The position numbers and the translations under genes are program-made. 64,000 bases of DNA. Source: Promethearchaeia archaeon (GTDB taxonomy: Archaea; Asgardarchaeota; Lokiarchaeia; Sigyniarchaeales; SOKP01). The notes beneath the pieces were generated by a model. The model searched no databases and was not told the origin of the DNA. It saw only the letters and a list, made by a program, of their open reading frames with translations. Location of the stretch: positions 1-64,000 of the forward strand of contig JAHQWJ010000141.1 of NCBI GenBank assembly GCA_029856125.1, written 5' to 3'. This document shows, piece after piece, positions 19,696-30,208 of this stretch (position 1 is the first letter of the stretch; every line of letters begins with the position of its first letter).

Positions 19696-21513
19696 ATGCA
19701 TATCGGGAAAATTCAAAAAGGTTGGAAAGAGCTATATGAAGAAGTAATTCAAACGGGGAAATGTGTATACTGTGGAGCTTGTGGGGCATTCTGTGCTAAT
19801 ATTCTATTTGATAAAGAAAAGGAGATCCCAATAGAAGATGGGTCCTGCAAAGATATGAACACATGTAAAGATGGTTTCGGACTTTGCTATAATCTCTGTC
19901 CAAAAACGGAAACTGAAACGATTCCTTTGTCGTTATTAGACAATTGGGTTTTTGGAAAGAAACACGATAAGATTCTGGGACATTATCTCAAAATTGTCTC
20001 AATTAAGCTAACAGATAAAGCAAGAGAAAGCGTACCAGCTAAAGCGGGGCCTTTAACAGGACTATTATGGTTGGCTATGGAAAACGGTTTAGTCGATTCT
20101 TCTATTATTACTGATAAAGACGATAACTTTAGACCATCCCCAATGATCGCCCAGAATTCACAAGATATATTCAAAGGAGTAGGGTATAAGCCAAGTCAAG
20201 GTCCTTTACTCTCACTTTTAGGAGAAGCTATCAATAAAGAAAACGTAGATATTGCTGTAGTAGGAACGCCTTGCCAAATTCAAGCTCTAAGAAAGCTACA
20301 GAATCACCCCGCTTTTGATTACGAAGCATACGATTTAGTATCGCTGGTCATTGGGATCTTTTGCTTCGGAACTTATTATAACCAATTATTAGAAATGGTT
20401 TTTGAGGAATTTGGGGTTAAATCAAGTGAGATAAACAAAATAAACACCGATAAAGATAATTTTAAGATGAAAATTAGTAGTGATTCGACTATAAAAGAAA
20501 TACCACTAAATTATTTATACGAAAAAGCAATAAGAAAAGCTTGTTTTTCCTGCTCTGATTACACAGCTTCCTTCGCAGATTTATCAATTGGAAATTTTGG
20601 TAGTAAAGACAGCTGGAATACGCTAATTGTAAGAACAGAAAGAGGTAAACAAGTTTATGATTTAGCTATTGAACAAGGGTTCATCGAAACAATACCATTA
20701 GAACACGATAAGGAAGAACTTATTTTGGATTTAACCCGAAATAAAACGGATATAGTCAAGATAGAATCAATAAAGCAACATTCCTCCGAAATTAAAAGTT
20801 TTACGATTAGAAACTCGAGGATTGCAGGCGCTTACAAACCGGGGATGTTTGTTATTTTATGGCTTCCTGATGTTGACTTCTTACCAATGTCCATCTCGAG
20901 TATAAAAGAAAACCTTATGGAAATAACCGTTAAAAAAATAGGAGAGGGAACATCCAAATTATTTGATTTAGTTGAAGGAGACTCAATTGGTATTAGAGGT
21001 CCTTTTGGGAATTCGTTTAATTACGAGGATTCGAAAAGTATTCTTGTCGTAGGAGGAGGGATGGGGATCGCAGCCTTAACAACTTTAATAGAAACTCTTA
21101 AACAAAACAAGGCAAACGTACAAGTGGCAATTGGAGCCAAAGATGAAGATTCTTTAATATTCGCTGATAGATTGTTGGAATTGATTCCAAATACGATGTG
21201 TACTACTGATGATGGATCTTTTGGTAAGAAATGCGTTGTAACTGATCCTGTAGAAGATCTAATTAAAAAAGAAAATTTCGATTTGATTGTTACATGTGGT
21301 CCTGAAATTATGATGAAAAAGGTTCTTGAACTAGCAGAATCAAAGAATATTGAACTTCAAGCTAGCTTGGAACGAAAAATGAAATGTGGTGTAGGCTTAT
21401 GTGGTTCTTGCTGCATAGGAGTAGAGAATAATATTACTATTTGTAAAGATGGACCCGTCTTTAATTCAGATCAATTGAAAAAATTTCCTAAATTTGGAAC
21501 TTATTCTAAATAA
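19696..21513 (+). CDS. Fusion of FrhB/FdhB-type F420-binding flavoprotein with PyrK/NfnA-type FAD/NAD(P)/[2Fe-2S] electron-transfer subunit
   Basis: N-half: CVYCGACGAFC, CYNLCP, VGTPCQ, GIFC, CFSCSD, DLSIG, IVRTERG. C-half: PGMFV, RGPFGN, VGGGMGIA, TDDGS, CGPEIMM, MKCGVGLCGSC...CKDGP. Confidence 0.9.
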   Translation: MHIGKIQKGWKELYEEVIQTGKCVYCGACGAFCANILFDKEKEIPIEDGSCKDMNTCKDGFGLCYNLCPKTETETIPLSLLDNWVFGKKHDKILGHYLKIVSIKLTDKARESVPAKAGPLTGLLWLAMENGLVDSSIITDKDDNFRPSPMIAQNSQDIFKGVGYKPSQGPLLSLLGEAINKENVDIAVVGTPCQIQALRKLQNHPAFDYEAYDLVSLVIGIFCFGTYYNQLLEMVFEEFGVKSSEINKINTDKDNFKMKISSDSTIKEIPLNYLYEKAIRKACFSCSDYTASFADLSIGNFGSKDSWNTLIVRTERGKQVYDLAIEQGFIETIPLEHDKEELILDLTRNKTDIVKIESIKQHSSEIKSFTIRNSRIAGAYKPGMFVILWLPDVDFLPMSISSIKENLMEITVKKIGEGTSKLFDLVEGDSIGIRGPFGNSFNYEDSKSILVVGGGMGIAALTTLIETLKQNKANVQVAIGAKDEDSLIFADRLLELIPNTMCTTDDGSFGKKCVVTDPVEDLIKKENFDLIVTCGPEIMMKKVLELAESKNIELQASLERKMKCGVGLCGSCCIGVENNITICKDGPVFNSDQLKKFPKFGTYSK

Positions 21514-22358
21514 TTAATATTCTCGGGAATCCCATTTGAACAGGAAACTCCTACTTGACATAGTCCACATCCATAAATGTTAATTCCATAATTTTTTTTT
21601 ATATATGGAACTGTTCCCATAACGTGATTGGAGCATATAATTTTATCGTGGCGATTTTCAGATGTTATTGCGTTAACTGGGCAACGGTCGATACAATCCC
21701 CACAATTAATACAATATTCGTATGGATCTGAAGGTCTCTTGGCAGCATCAGAAGGTAAATCGTAATCAATAATAATACTCCCACACCTCATTGCTTTACC
21801 CCTTGAATTAATGAATCCATCGGATAAACCAAACGATCCTAAACCAGAGGCAAAGCAGCAATGCCTGTGAGACCAGTTAGAAGCCCAAATCTTACGGTTG
21901 ATTTTAAATAAGCGTTTTTCCTGGGTAGGTGCCATCGCATTTATTTTTAACTTCTTTAACTCGTTAATTAAATGTGTTTGGGTTTTCACATTAGCTTGTT
22001 CTCCGAATAATCGCGTATTTGCCCATCTTTCTGAAGGATTAACTTTAGAATATTCAAAATTCTGCTCCTTTGTTTTCTTATTTATCGGGAGGATATAGGT
22101 CACTACGCTTATATTTTCAGTTGAGATTGGTACACCATTTCTTTCGCAATACCACGAGTAAGCTTCTATTGGTGTGAGATAAAATTCACCTATAATATTT
22201 TTATATTCGCTAAAAATGGGATCGTCTCCAGAAACAAACCCAACAATTATATCGGGTTCAAAAATGAGAGAGTTATCTACCATTTTCATCTTATTACTTT
22301 CGTCATTTTCTAAGAAACTATTTATCTTTTCAACGAACCAATCTTTATTTATCCCCAT
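21501..22358 (-). CDS. QueG/reductive dehalogenase-like 4Fe-4S protein (probably cobalamin-binding)
   Basis: SNWSHRH...GLGSFGL, CINCGDCIDRCPVNAI, CGLCQVGVSC. Confidence 0.8.
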   Translation of the reverse strand: MGINKDWFVEKINSFLENDESNKMKMVDNSLIFEPDIIVGFVSGDDPIFSEYKNIIGEFYLTPIEAYSWYCERNGVPISTENISVVTYILPINKKTKEQNFEYSKVNPSERWANTRLFGEQANVKTQTHLINELKKLKINAMAPTQEKRLFKINRKIWASNWSHRHCCFASGLGSFGLSDGFINSRGKAMRCGSIIIDYDLPSDAAKRPSDPYEYCINCGDCIDRCPVNAITSENRHDKIICSNHVMGTVPYIKKNYGINIYGCGLCQVGVSCSNGIPENINYLE

Positions 22359-22477
22359 AAGAAAGTAAAACCCTAGTTAAATCAAATTTAACTATTTACT
22401 TATATATTTAATTACCCTTTAACTTTATTCATCATTCCTTAAATTCGGAAATTATTAGACATTAAGGTTTTGTTCTA

Positions 22478-23434
22478 TTGGTAATGGAAAATTACAATTT
22501 TAGAAAAGGTTTGATTAACGGAATTATAACCGTACTGTTAATAGGGTTACAACCAGTCATTTCACTATCGAGACCGCCGATAATTGACGCTTTTACTTTT
22601 TCTACCATCACGGCACTATTTATGGCGATAATCTTTTTTCCTTTATTCTTAATCGAAAGATTTAAGTTGAAAAATTTAGTTAAAACAGAATCGAATGACA
22701 GGATACGTTCTCTACTGAGTGGTTGGAAGCAACCGAGGAATATTAGATTACTTGTTGGAATTGGAATTGTTTTTTCTATTGTTCCTGTATTATTAATAGT
22801 GGGTTACGATCTCGCTGGAGCAGTTAATAGCTCACTGGCGTTAAAAAGCGAAGTTATCATTGCTCTATTATCGGGTTATATATTTTTAAATGAGAAGCGG
22901 ATATCAAAAATCCAGATTTTTTTCTGCATAATCTTAATTTTAGGATTATTTATCGCAATTACCCAAGGATTTTCAGAGTTGTTTGAAATTAACCTCGGGG
23001 TCCTAATAATTGTAGTGGCAGTTATTATCTTTACTATTACGCATGCATTTACTAAATCAGGATTCGATAGGAACGAGATTAGTCCTATTCAAGTAGTGTT
23101 TATTCGGAATGTGTTAAGCGGGACAATATTGTTGTTTACATCTTTCATTTTTTTTCCTTTAGAAGGTCTGGTAACGGTGTTAAGACCAGAATATCTTATA
23201 TATCCTTTTGTTATGGGATTAGATTGGGGGTTCTCTCTGCTATTCTGGTACAGAACATTATCTTACCTACAAATTGGAAAAGCGGGGGTTATTATGTCCC
23301 TAACACCAATCACTTCAGCAATTTTTTCCTGGATCATTCTTGGGGATGAGATCACACCTTTCCACCTCATAGGAATAACGATAGTAATTTTCTCAATTTA
23401 TATGATCGTAAGGGAAAAAAAAGACAATAACTAA
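22478..23434 (+). CDS. DMT/EamA family transporter
   Basis: About 10 TM in two EamA halves; LTPITSAIFSWIILGD..T. Confidence 0.88.
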   Translation: MVMENYNFRKGLINGIITVLLIGLQPVISLSRPPIIDAFTFSTITALFMAIIFFPLFLIERFKLKNLVKTESNDRIRSLLSGWKQPRNIRLLVGIGIVFSIVPVLLIVGYDLAGAVNSSLALKSEVIIALLSGYIFLNEKRISKIQIFFCIILILGLFIAITQGFSELFEINLGVLIIVVAVIIFTITHAFTKSGFDRNEISPIQVVFIRNVLSGTILLFTSFIFFPLEGLVTVLRPEYLIYPFVMGLDWGFSLLFWYRTLSYLQIGKAGVIMSLTPITSAIFSWIILGDEITPFHLIGITIVIFSIYMIVREKKDNN

Positions 23435-23452
23435 AATAAAATAATTACCCTT

Positions 23453-24607
23453 TTATAAAGGGTATACACCAAGGTTATTGGCGGCTTCTATCATCCATCT
23501 TAAATGCTTAACTGACATCCCAGGATGAAAGTTAGCAGGAGATATCATGCCACCTCCTCCAGGACCTAGTGCGTTTATAGCATTTTCAACAGCTTGTTCC
23601 ACTTCTTCTTTTGTAGCATCTACGAGAATATGTCTTGTATCGATATTTCCGGATAAACAGAGTTTGTCACCTATTTTCTTTTTGACTAAATATGGATCTA
23701 CCAAAGGTGGTTCAAGACATTGAAGACCATCAAATCCAGACTCGACGATGAAGTCTAAGAGGTCAGTAACATCGCCATCAGTATGCAATATATATTTTCC
23801 GCCCCACTCGTGAATCTTTTCTGAGACTTCTTGGTAACGGGGGAGTAAATATTCATTAAAGTTTTTGTCGCTCATAAATTGACCTCCCGAATGTGCTATA
23901 TCTCCCCCTTCAAGAAAAATTTTGGCTCCACAATCATGATAGGCTTTAAAGGTAGTTAATGTATAGTCTGTAGTGAAGCGAAAGCGTTCCTTAACAAGTT
24001 TCGGATCGTTCTTAAGAGCCCGAGCGAAATAAGCCATCCCCATTCCCTGCCAAACTGGGGGGAAAACCGAGGTTAAAGCATTTTGAGCGAAAATACAAAT
24101 GTCATCCTTTATATCGCGGCATTTTCTCAAAACTCCCTTATAAAATTTTTTGGCCTTATTGTATTCTTCTTTCATATCAGGTTTAGGATACGCTTCCCAA
24201 TCTTCTCGATTTTTAATATATCCACCATAGTAATCTGGATAAGGATTTCCATCAATATTTCGGACTCTATGTCTCTTTCCAAATACATCTGTCATTTCTG
24301 ATTGACTTTCAAGGATAAAGGGGATGTATTGTACTCCCACTCCATCAAATCCCAGATCGAGACCTGCTCTTACTGCTTTTGAAAACGTTGAAATTTCAAT
24401 GTCAAGAAGGATATCGTTAATTTTATCCAACCAATCATCTGGATATTGTTTTTCCATATCATCAAATATGTCAAAAGCATTCCTTTTCGGACGGCCTAAG
24501 ATTTGATCAGCGACATTTCCATCAATATTTATCGTATGGGTTGGAATTCTATCTGGTTCTTCGAGATTTAATGCCATCCATATCCGTTCGAAACTTTTCA
24601 TAATCAA
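23453..24607 (-). CDS. Uroporphyrinogen decarboxylase-fold protein (MtaA/CmuA-like methyltransferase)
   Basis: ERIWMAL..EEPDRIP, DIA, HTDG, CLSGNID, ISPAN. Confidence 0.85.
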   Translation of the reverse strand: MIMKSFERIWMALNLEEPDRIPTHTINIDGNVADQILGRPKRNAFDIFDDMEKQYPDDWLDKINDILLDIEISTFSKAVRAGLDLGFDGVGVQYIPFILESQSEMTDVFGKRHRVRNIDGNPYPDYYGGYIKNREDWEAYPKPDMKEEYNKAKKFYKGVLRKCRDIKDDICIFAQNALTSVFPPVWQGMGMAYFARALKNDPKLVKERFRFTTDYTLTTFKAYHDCGAKIFLEGGDIAHSGGQFMSDKNFNEYLLPRYQEVSEKIHEWGGKYILHTDGDVTDLLDFIVESGFDGLQCLEPPLVDPYLVKKKIGDKLCLSGNIDTRHILVDATKEEVEQAVENAINALGPGGGGMISPANFHPGMSVKHLRWMIEAANNLGVYPL

Positions 24608-24718
24608 TATTTTAAGGGTTGAATAAACTAATATATTTTTCTTTATAGCGAAAAATGATTCCTTCTTTTCTTCTTCATTATAAAAGTTTTTAATTTTTTC
24701 TAGTTTTTCTTAGATATC

Positions 24719-25660
24719 TTGAGTAATAATCTAAAAAAAGGCTTAATTTTTGGAGGTATCGGAACTATTCTTGTTGGATTTCAACCAATTATAGCAAATT
24801 CGGCCAAATCAATCGATTCTCATGTATTTGCAGCTATGACATGTTTGGTTGAGGCAATAATATTTCTCCCTCTCATGATTTTAGAGATGCGAATGAACAA
24901 AAGGAAAGAAAGGGGAAATCCGGGTTTAATGTCAAATAACTCAATTTTGACAAGCATAAAAAAGAATATTTGGTTATTACTTTTTATCGGGATAATCTTT
25001 AGCATTAATCAACTTCTATTTTTTGTAGGATATCGATTAGCTGGGGCTATTAATGGATCTTTAACTCAAAAAACTTCCGTTTTCTTTGGATTGTTGTATG
25101 GCTTTTTGTTATTAAAAGAAAAAATTTCAAAAATTCAAATCGTATTTTCCATCGTGTTATTTTTAGGTTTAGTAATAGCAATAACTCAGGGTTCGTTGAA
25201 TTTTCTGACCTTTAACACCGATGTTTTGATTGGTGTGTTAATTGTATTATTGATTACAGCTCTATGGATGTTTGGCCACACTATGACGAAACCATTGTTT
25301 AGTCGAAATGACTTAACCCCAACTCAAATGGTTTTCATTCGAAATATGTTAAGTGGAGTCATATTAATAGTTACCTACTTTACATTTTCTCCTGTTGATT
25401 TAAGCGTTTTTTTTAATCCATATAATCAATTCTTTTTTATAATAATGGGAACTGTATATGGTTTAGGATTATTCTGTTGGTATAAGACTTTGTCGTATTT
25501 AGATGTCTCGAATGCAACCATTGTATTATCTCCCACTCCAATAGTTACCGCCATCTTTGCTACTTTTATATTAGGAGAGTTTTTTACACCCTTTCATTTA
25601 ATTGGAGCTGTATTAGTTATCTTCTCTATTATTATAATTATCAAACAAAAAAAAAATTGA
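24719..25660 (+). CDS. DMT/EamA family transporter (paralog of 22478..23434)
   Basis: Shares GxQP, YxLAGA(I/V)N, ISKIQI, AITQG, QxVFIRNxLSG and TPFHLIG with the upstream EamA. Confidence 0.88.
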   Translation: MSNNLKKGLIFGGIGTILVGFQPIIANSAKSIDSHVFAAMTCLVEAIIFLPLMILEMRMNKRKERGNPGLMSNNSILTSIKKNIWLLLFIGIIFSINQLLFFVGYRLAGAINGSLTQKTSVFFGLLYGFLLLKEKISKIQIVFSIVLFLGLVIAITQGSLNFLTFNTDVLIGVLIVLLITALWMFGHTMTKPLFSRNDLTPTQMVFIRNMLSGVILIVTYFTFSPVDLSVFFNPYNQFFFIIMGTVYGLGLFCWYKTLSYLDVSNATIVLSPTPIVTAIFATFILGEFFTPFHLIGAVLVIFSIIIIIKQKKN

Positions 25661-25916
25661 AAAGATATTTCTTTTTTACAATATTTCATTTATTCACGGT
25701 TTAGAGAAATATTTTAGGAAAATGATATTAAAAAATATATTCTTATATGTCGTTCATATCCTCTATAAGAATTGTTCATGTGTCAATTTATAAAAGAATA
25801 AGATAATTCAGAACATTTATATATTGAAGGTATATAGTTATAAATATAAAAAAATATATCTAAAGAATCGAAATTCTTGCTTAAACAGCAGTTTAGACCA
25901 TAAAGGAAGTTATAAA

Positions 25917-26723
25917 ATGATAGATGATAGTATAATCTCTGTGAGAGATTTAAAAAAGTATTTTGGCGAAGTTAAAGCGGTTAATGGCGTTTCTTTTGAT
26001 GTCCATCAAGGAGAGATCCTTGGACTTCTGGGTCCAAACGGGGCGGGAAAAACAACAACTATTAAACTTTTATTAGGATTACTTGAGCCTCTAGAAGGGG
26101 AGATCAGTATTTTCGGGTTAAATCCCGAACGTGAAGAAGTTCTAATGAAGAAGAAAATAGGCTATGTTTCTGAAGAAGCGTTAATTTTTAAATCTCTTAC
26201 GCCTAAGGACTTGTTTAACTTTATTGCTTCAATTCGTAGACTAGATGCAAAAGAAGCAACCGAACGGGTGACTGAATACCTTGAAAGTTTAGGCGCGTTG
26301 GAGTATTATGAACAAATGATCGCAACTTTATCGCACGGAAACAAACAAAAAATGCAAATCGTTGCCGCTCTATTACATGAACCCGAGCTCTTGATTTTGG
26401 ACGAACCATTAGCAGGGCTTGATGCCAAATCTGTGAGAGTAGTAAAGGAATTATTAGATATGCATATTGAAAAAGGTGGAGCCGTGCTTTTTTCCACTCA
26501 TATTATGGAAGTGGCAGAAGATCTATGTGATCGCATTGCTATAATAAATAAAGGTAAATTAGTAGGTCTTGGAACGATTGATGATCTTAGAAATCAAGCT
26601 GAAAAAAGTGGAGCAAGTCTCGAAGATGTTTTTCTCAGATTAACTGAGCAAGATTCTTCAGTAGAAGAGATTGTGAAGAAATTAAGAAAATCTTATAAGA
26701 AAAAGATAGAGGAGTCTGCTTAA
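25917..26723 (+). CDS. ABC exporter ATP-binding protein (copy 1)
   Basis: GPNGAGKTT, LSHGNKQK, LILDEP, STH; start set at M32 by alignment with copy 2. Confidence 0.93.
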   Translation: MIDDSIISVRDLKKYFGEVKAVNGVSFDVHQGEILGLLGPNGAGKTTTIKLLLGLLEPLEGEISIFGLNPEREEVLMKKKIGYVSEEALIFKSLTPKDLFNFIASIRRLDAKEATERVTEYLESLGALEYYEQMIATLSHGNKQKMQIVAALLHEPELLILDEPLAGLDAKSVRVVKELLDMHIEKGGAVLFSTHIMEVAEDLCDRIAIINKGKLVGLGTIDDLRNQAEKSGASLEDVFLRLTEQDSSVEEIVKKLRKSYKKKIEESA

Positions 26724-26724
26724 A

Positions 26725-29367
26725 TTGGAAGAGAAAAAAGGTTTAAAACTTTATTCGGTATCGAAATTTACTAATTTTGAAATGATAATGGATTCTCAGC
26801 TTGCTTCTTCTGGAGCTCATCAAGCCAAAGTACTTGAGAAGTGCGAGAAAAACAATAAGTATATAAAAACACAAGCAATATCGATAAAAATTGTTTCAGC
26901 TTTTTTGATGGTGTTTATGCCTTTAATTTCAGTCATAATGTATTATGAAATTACTGAAGAGATTGGCGATCTCTTTCCTATCCAGGGCAGAATATACATC
27001 TTTAGTTTTTTTATCCTATTGGCTCTAATTATTTCAATATTATATTTATTCCTTTTTGGGTTGTTTACAACAAGTTCGTTGATGTCAGGTTCTGCTTTTA
27101 AATGGTTGCACACGCTACCATTATCTCGAAAAGCTTTAAAAAAGTTAGGATTTATGACTTTGTTTAGAAACCTAAACATACAAATATTGGTGATGACCTT
27201 TGCTTTTCCAATAATTTTTTTTATTATAACGCAAAATATTTTAACATTTTTTATGAGTCTTATTTCCTCGTTTCTAATAACTATTTTTGGAGCGAGTATT
27301 TTAATAATTGTTGGAGAAAAGTTCAGTCGGGTATTCTCAGAATCGAGTAGACAATCAAGCAAAGCTAATCTTTTAAGAATGGTCTCATTGATAGGTTTTT
27401 TCATCATAGCTTTTGGTTCGAGTTTTATTATGAATTTCGGTATAAACGCCCTGTTTACTCTTATAGAGGATTTCAGTTCAAATCCTCCTACAATGGGTTT
27501 AAACATGATATTAAGTATGATCCCATTACCATTTGCACCAGCATATTTGGTGAGTCTAAGTCTGGTCGCTGACCAAGTTCCGTTAAGTCTATGGGCTTCA
27601 ACTATAGTGGGTATGGTGCTTTTAGCGGGGATAACTTTTCTAACTTACAAAATAGCAATCAAATCTTTATCGAGCGTTGCTACTTTTGAATTAGATTCCT
27701 CAAGGGCTAAAAAAGATGCAAAAAGAAAAGAAAAACCAATCTCGATAGAGGTAAAATCAACATCTCCCATAAAATCGTTTATTCGTAAGGATTTAATCGC
27801 TTCGACGCGCGATTATCAATCTTTAATTTTTGTTCTCATGCCTCTCTTTTACCCTGTAATTATGATTTTATCGATGCAAGCTCCTATAACTAATGAAGTA
27901 TCTTCAACTTTTAGTATTATGATATTGTGGGCAATAATTATGATAGCAAGTCAATTTATACCCCTTATGTTAGTAGGAGGTTTACTAAATATGGAAGAAT
28001 CTGGTTCTTCGACACTTGCATCGTTGCCTCTTTTGCCTCGTGATCAAGCGAAAGCAAAATTAGTACTTATGTTAATCATACACGGAATTTCTATGAGTAT
28101 TATGGCTATTGTCCTGATGTTATTAACCCAATCTGTAATGGTTTTGATTTTAATATTAGGTAGTTTACCGATTACTTGGACTCTGCTTTTGTTTGTGTTT
28201 CAAATGAAGGTGCGATTATTTGGTACAATGAAATACAAATATGTGCTTGAAGAATTTAATGTAAAAAATAAATTATTGAAATGGGTATCTATCGTTGCCG
28301 CTGATATAGGTGTCTGTATTTTTATTCTGATACTTGGATTTACTTTTTTCCTTACTCTAGGAATTACATCCACTATTTTGATACTGTATTTCTTAGGTTT
28401 CGTTGGATTATCTGTGCTAATTTACACATTTACAAAAATGTTCCCGAATGTTGATAAGTTACCACAGTTTGAAACAAGAGGATTACTGAGAAATAAACCT
28501 ATTCTTGGAGGTATCGTAATAATGCTTTTATTCATATTATTTCCATGGATTGCAACTTTTATTGAGATTATTTTTCTTCCTCTCATTTTAGGGTTAGAAT
28601 TTATCGGAATCTTATTCTTCGAATTTTTTTATACTGAAGGTTTTTTTATACTTTTATTTCTCCTTATCGTTCCAAAAGGAATGAAATTACCTCGTAAAGA
28701 TGAAACAATTTTAAGTTATACTAAAACAATTGGTTTAACAAGGGTTAAACCTTTAGGTCGAAACCTCCTAGTTGGATTCGGTGCTACTTTTATTCTTTGT
28801 TGTTCTTTGTTTATTGGTGCAAATCTCCTAGGAGTATTTTATTTTATTCCTGAGTTCTTGTTTAGAAATCCAAACCCTTCTTATTTAGGAGTTGCCAGTT
28901 TCGGTTGGTTCATTTGGATTTTTATGATTCGGCCAGGGTTATGGGAAGAAGTAGCATTTAGAGGTGTTGTTATACCTCTTCTTTCAAGAAAATATAAAAA
29001 ATTATTGACGATTTTAATTAGTGGGGTTATTTTTGGACTAGCACACGCATTTAACATCATAGGGGTTTTATTATCCGGGGGTCCTCACATTTTTACGCTA
29101 TTTCAGGTGATATATGCTACTTTAATCGGGTTTTCAATGGGATATATGTTTCTAAAAACAAAAAGTCTGCTTCCAAGCATTATATATCATTATTTACTCG
29201 ATACAGTGGGAATGATTTTTCTAAATGTTTACATCGAAAACATGTTTCTCATGGGAGTATTTTTAATTGTATTTTTAGGCGTTATTCCCGCAATTCTGAA
29301 TATTGGCTTAACAAAATTGGTTTTTTGGAAAGATTATAATAAAGATGTTATAATTAATAAGCGATAA
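26725..29367 (+). CDS. ABC permease fused to C-terminal CPBP (Rce1/Abi-type) intramembrane protease (copy 1)
   Basis: Two permease halves (WLHTLPLS; IRKDL...; LASLPL...AKAKL), then WEEVAFRG, FGLAH, IIYHYLLD. Confidence 0.85.
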   Translation: MEEKKGLKLYSVSKFTNFEMIMDSQLASSGAHQAKVLEKCEKNNKYIKTQAISIKIVSAFLMVFMPLISVIMYYEITEEIGDLFPIQGRIYIFSFFILLALIISILYLFLFGLFTTSSLMSGSAFKWLHTLPLSRKALKKLGFMTLFRNLNIQILVMTFAFPIIFFIITQNILTFFMSLISSFLITIFGASILIIVGEKFSRVFSESSRQSSKANLLRMVSLIGFFIIAFGSSFIMNFGINALFTLIEDFSSNPPTMGLNMILSMIPLPFAPAYLVSLSLVADQVPLSLWASTIVGMVLLAGITFLTYKIAIKSLSSVATFELDSSRAKKDAKRKEKPISIEVKSTSPIKSFIRKDLIASTRDYQSLIFVLMPLFYPVIMILSMQAPITNEVSSTFSIMILWAIIMIASQFIPLMLVGGLLNMEESGSSTLASLPLLPRDQAKAKLVLMLIIHGISMSIMAIVLMLLTQSVMVLILILGSLPITWTLLLFVFQMKVRLFGTMKYKYVLEEFNVKNKLLKWVSIVAADIGVCIFILILGFTFFLTLGITSTILILYFLGFVGLSVLIYTFTKMFPNVDKLPQFETRGLLRNKPILGGIVIMLLFILFPWIATFIEIIFLPLILGLEFIGILFFEFFYTEGFFILLFLLIVPKGMKLPRKDETILSYTKTIGLTRVKPLGRNLLVGFGATFILCCSLFIGANLLGVFYFIPEFLFRNPNPSYLGVASFGWFIWIFMIRPGLWEEVAFRGVVIPLLSRKYKKLLTILISGVIFGLAHAFNIIGVLLSGGPHIFTLFQVIYATLIGFSMGYMFLKTKSLLPSIIYHYLLDTVGMIFLNVYIENMFLMGVFLIVFLGVIPAILNIGLTKLVFWKDYNKDVIINKR

Positions 29368-29400
29368 AAATTTTTAAAAATTTTAATATGTTGATATAGA

Positions 29401-30195
29401 ATGAACGATAATATTGTTATATCTGTAAGTGAGTTAAAGAAATTTTTTGGAGATGTAAAAGCTGTCAATGGTATTTCCTTTAATGTAAAAAAGGGAGAAG
29501 TTTTTGGCCTTTTAGGACCCAATGGCGCTGGAAAAACAACTACTATTAAACTTTTGTTAGGACTACTAGAACCAAACGAAGGTACCATTAAAATTATGGA
29601 TTTAAATCCTGAAATAGATGAAGTTCAAATAAAAAGTCGGACGGGTTATGTTAGTGAAGAACCTTTAATTTTTAAATCTCTTACTCCAAAAGATCTTTTT
29701 AATTTTATTGCGTCAATACGCAAATTGAACGCAGAAGAAACTTCAAAAAGAGCTCAAGAATATATGGAGAGCTTAGGTGCTTTAGAATACTACGAACAGT
29801 TAGTTGCTACTCTTTCCCATGGGAATAAACAAAAAATTCAAATAATATCTTCGATCCTCCACGATCCCGAATTACTCATTTTGGACGAACCACTATCGGG
29901 GCTTGACGCAAAATCTGTAAAAGTTGTAAAGGAAATTATAGATATCCATATCGAAAATGGTGGTGCTGTATTATTTTCAACACATATTATGGAAATTGCC
30001 GAGGATTTGTGTGATCGCATCGCGATATTAAATCAAGGAAAAATAGTGGGAATTGGATCTATGGATGATTTAAGACAGCAAGCAGATCATTTAGGAGCTA
30101 ATTTAGAAGATGTCTTTTTAAGATTAACAGAGCAAGATGTAAGCGTAAACGAGATAGTAAAAAAGCTGAGAAAATCTTTTAGCGGCGGAAACTAA
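29401..30195 (+). CDS. ABC exporter ATP-binding protein (copy 2)
   Basis: Same motifs as, and closely similar to, 25917..26723. Confidence 0.93.
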   Translation: MNDNIVISVSELKKFFGDVKAVNGISFNVKKGEVFGLLGPNGAGKTTTIKLLLGLLEPNEGTIKIMDLNPEIDEVQIKSRTGYVSEEPLIFKSLTPKDLFNFIASIRKLNAEETSKRAQEYMESLGALEYYEQLVATLSHGNKQKIQIISSILHDPELLILDEPLSGLDAKSVKVVKEIIDIHIENGGAVLFSTHIMEIAEDLCDRIAILNQGKIVGIGSMDDLRQQADHLGANLEDVFLRLTEQDVSVNEIVKKLRKSFSGGN

Positions 30196-30208
30196 GACTA
30201 GTTCGATT

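Noticed and set aside
25824-25916. N-terminal extension of ABC ATPase copy 1
   Set aside because: Absent from the paralog; AT-rich promoter-like DNA.
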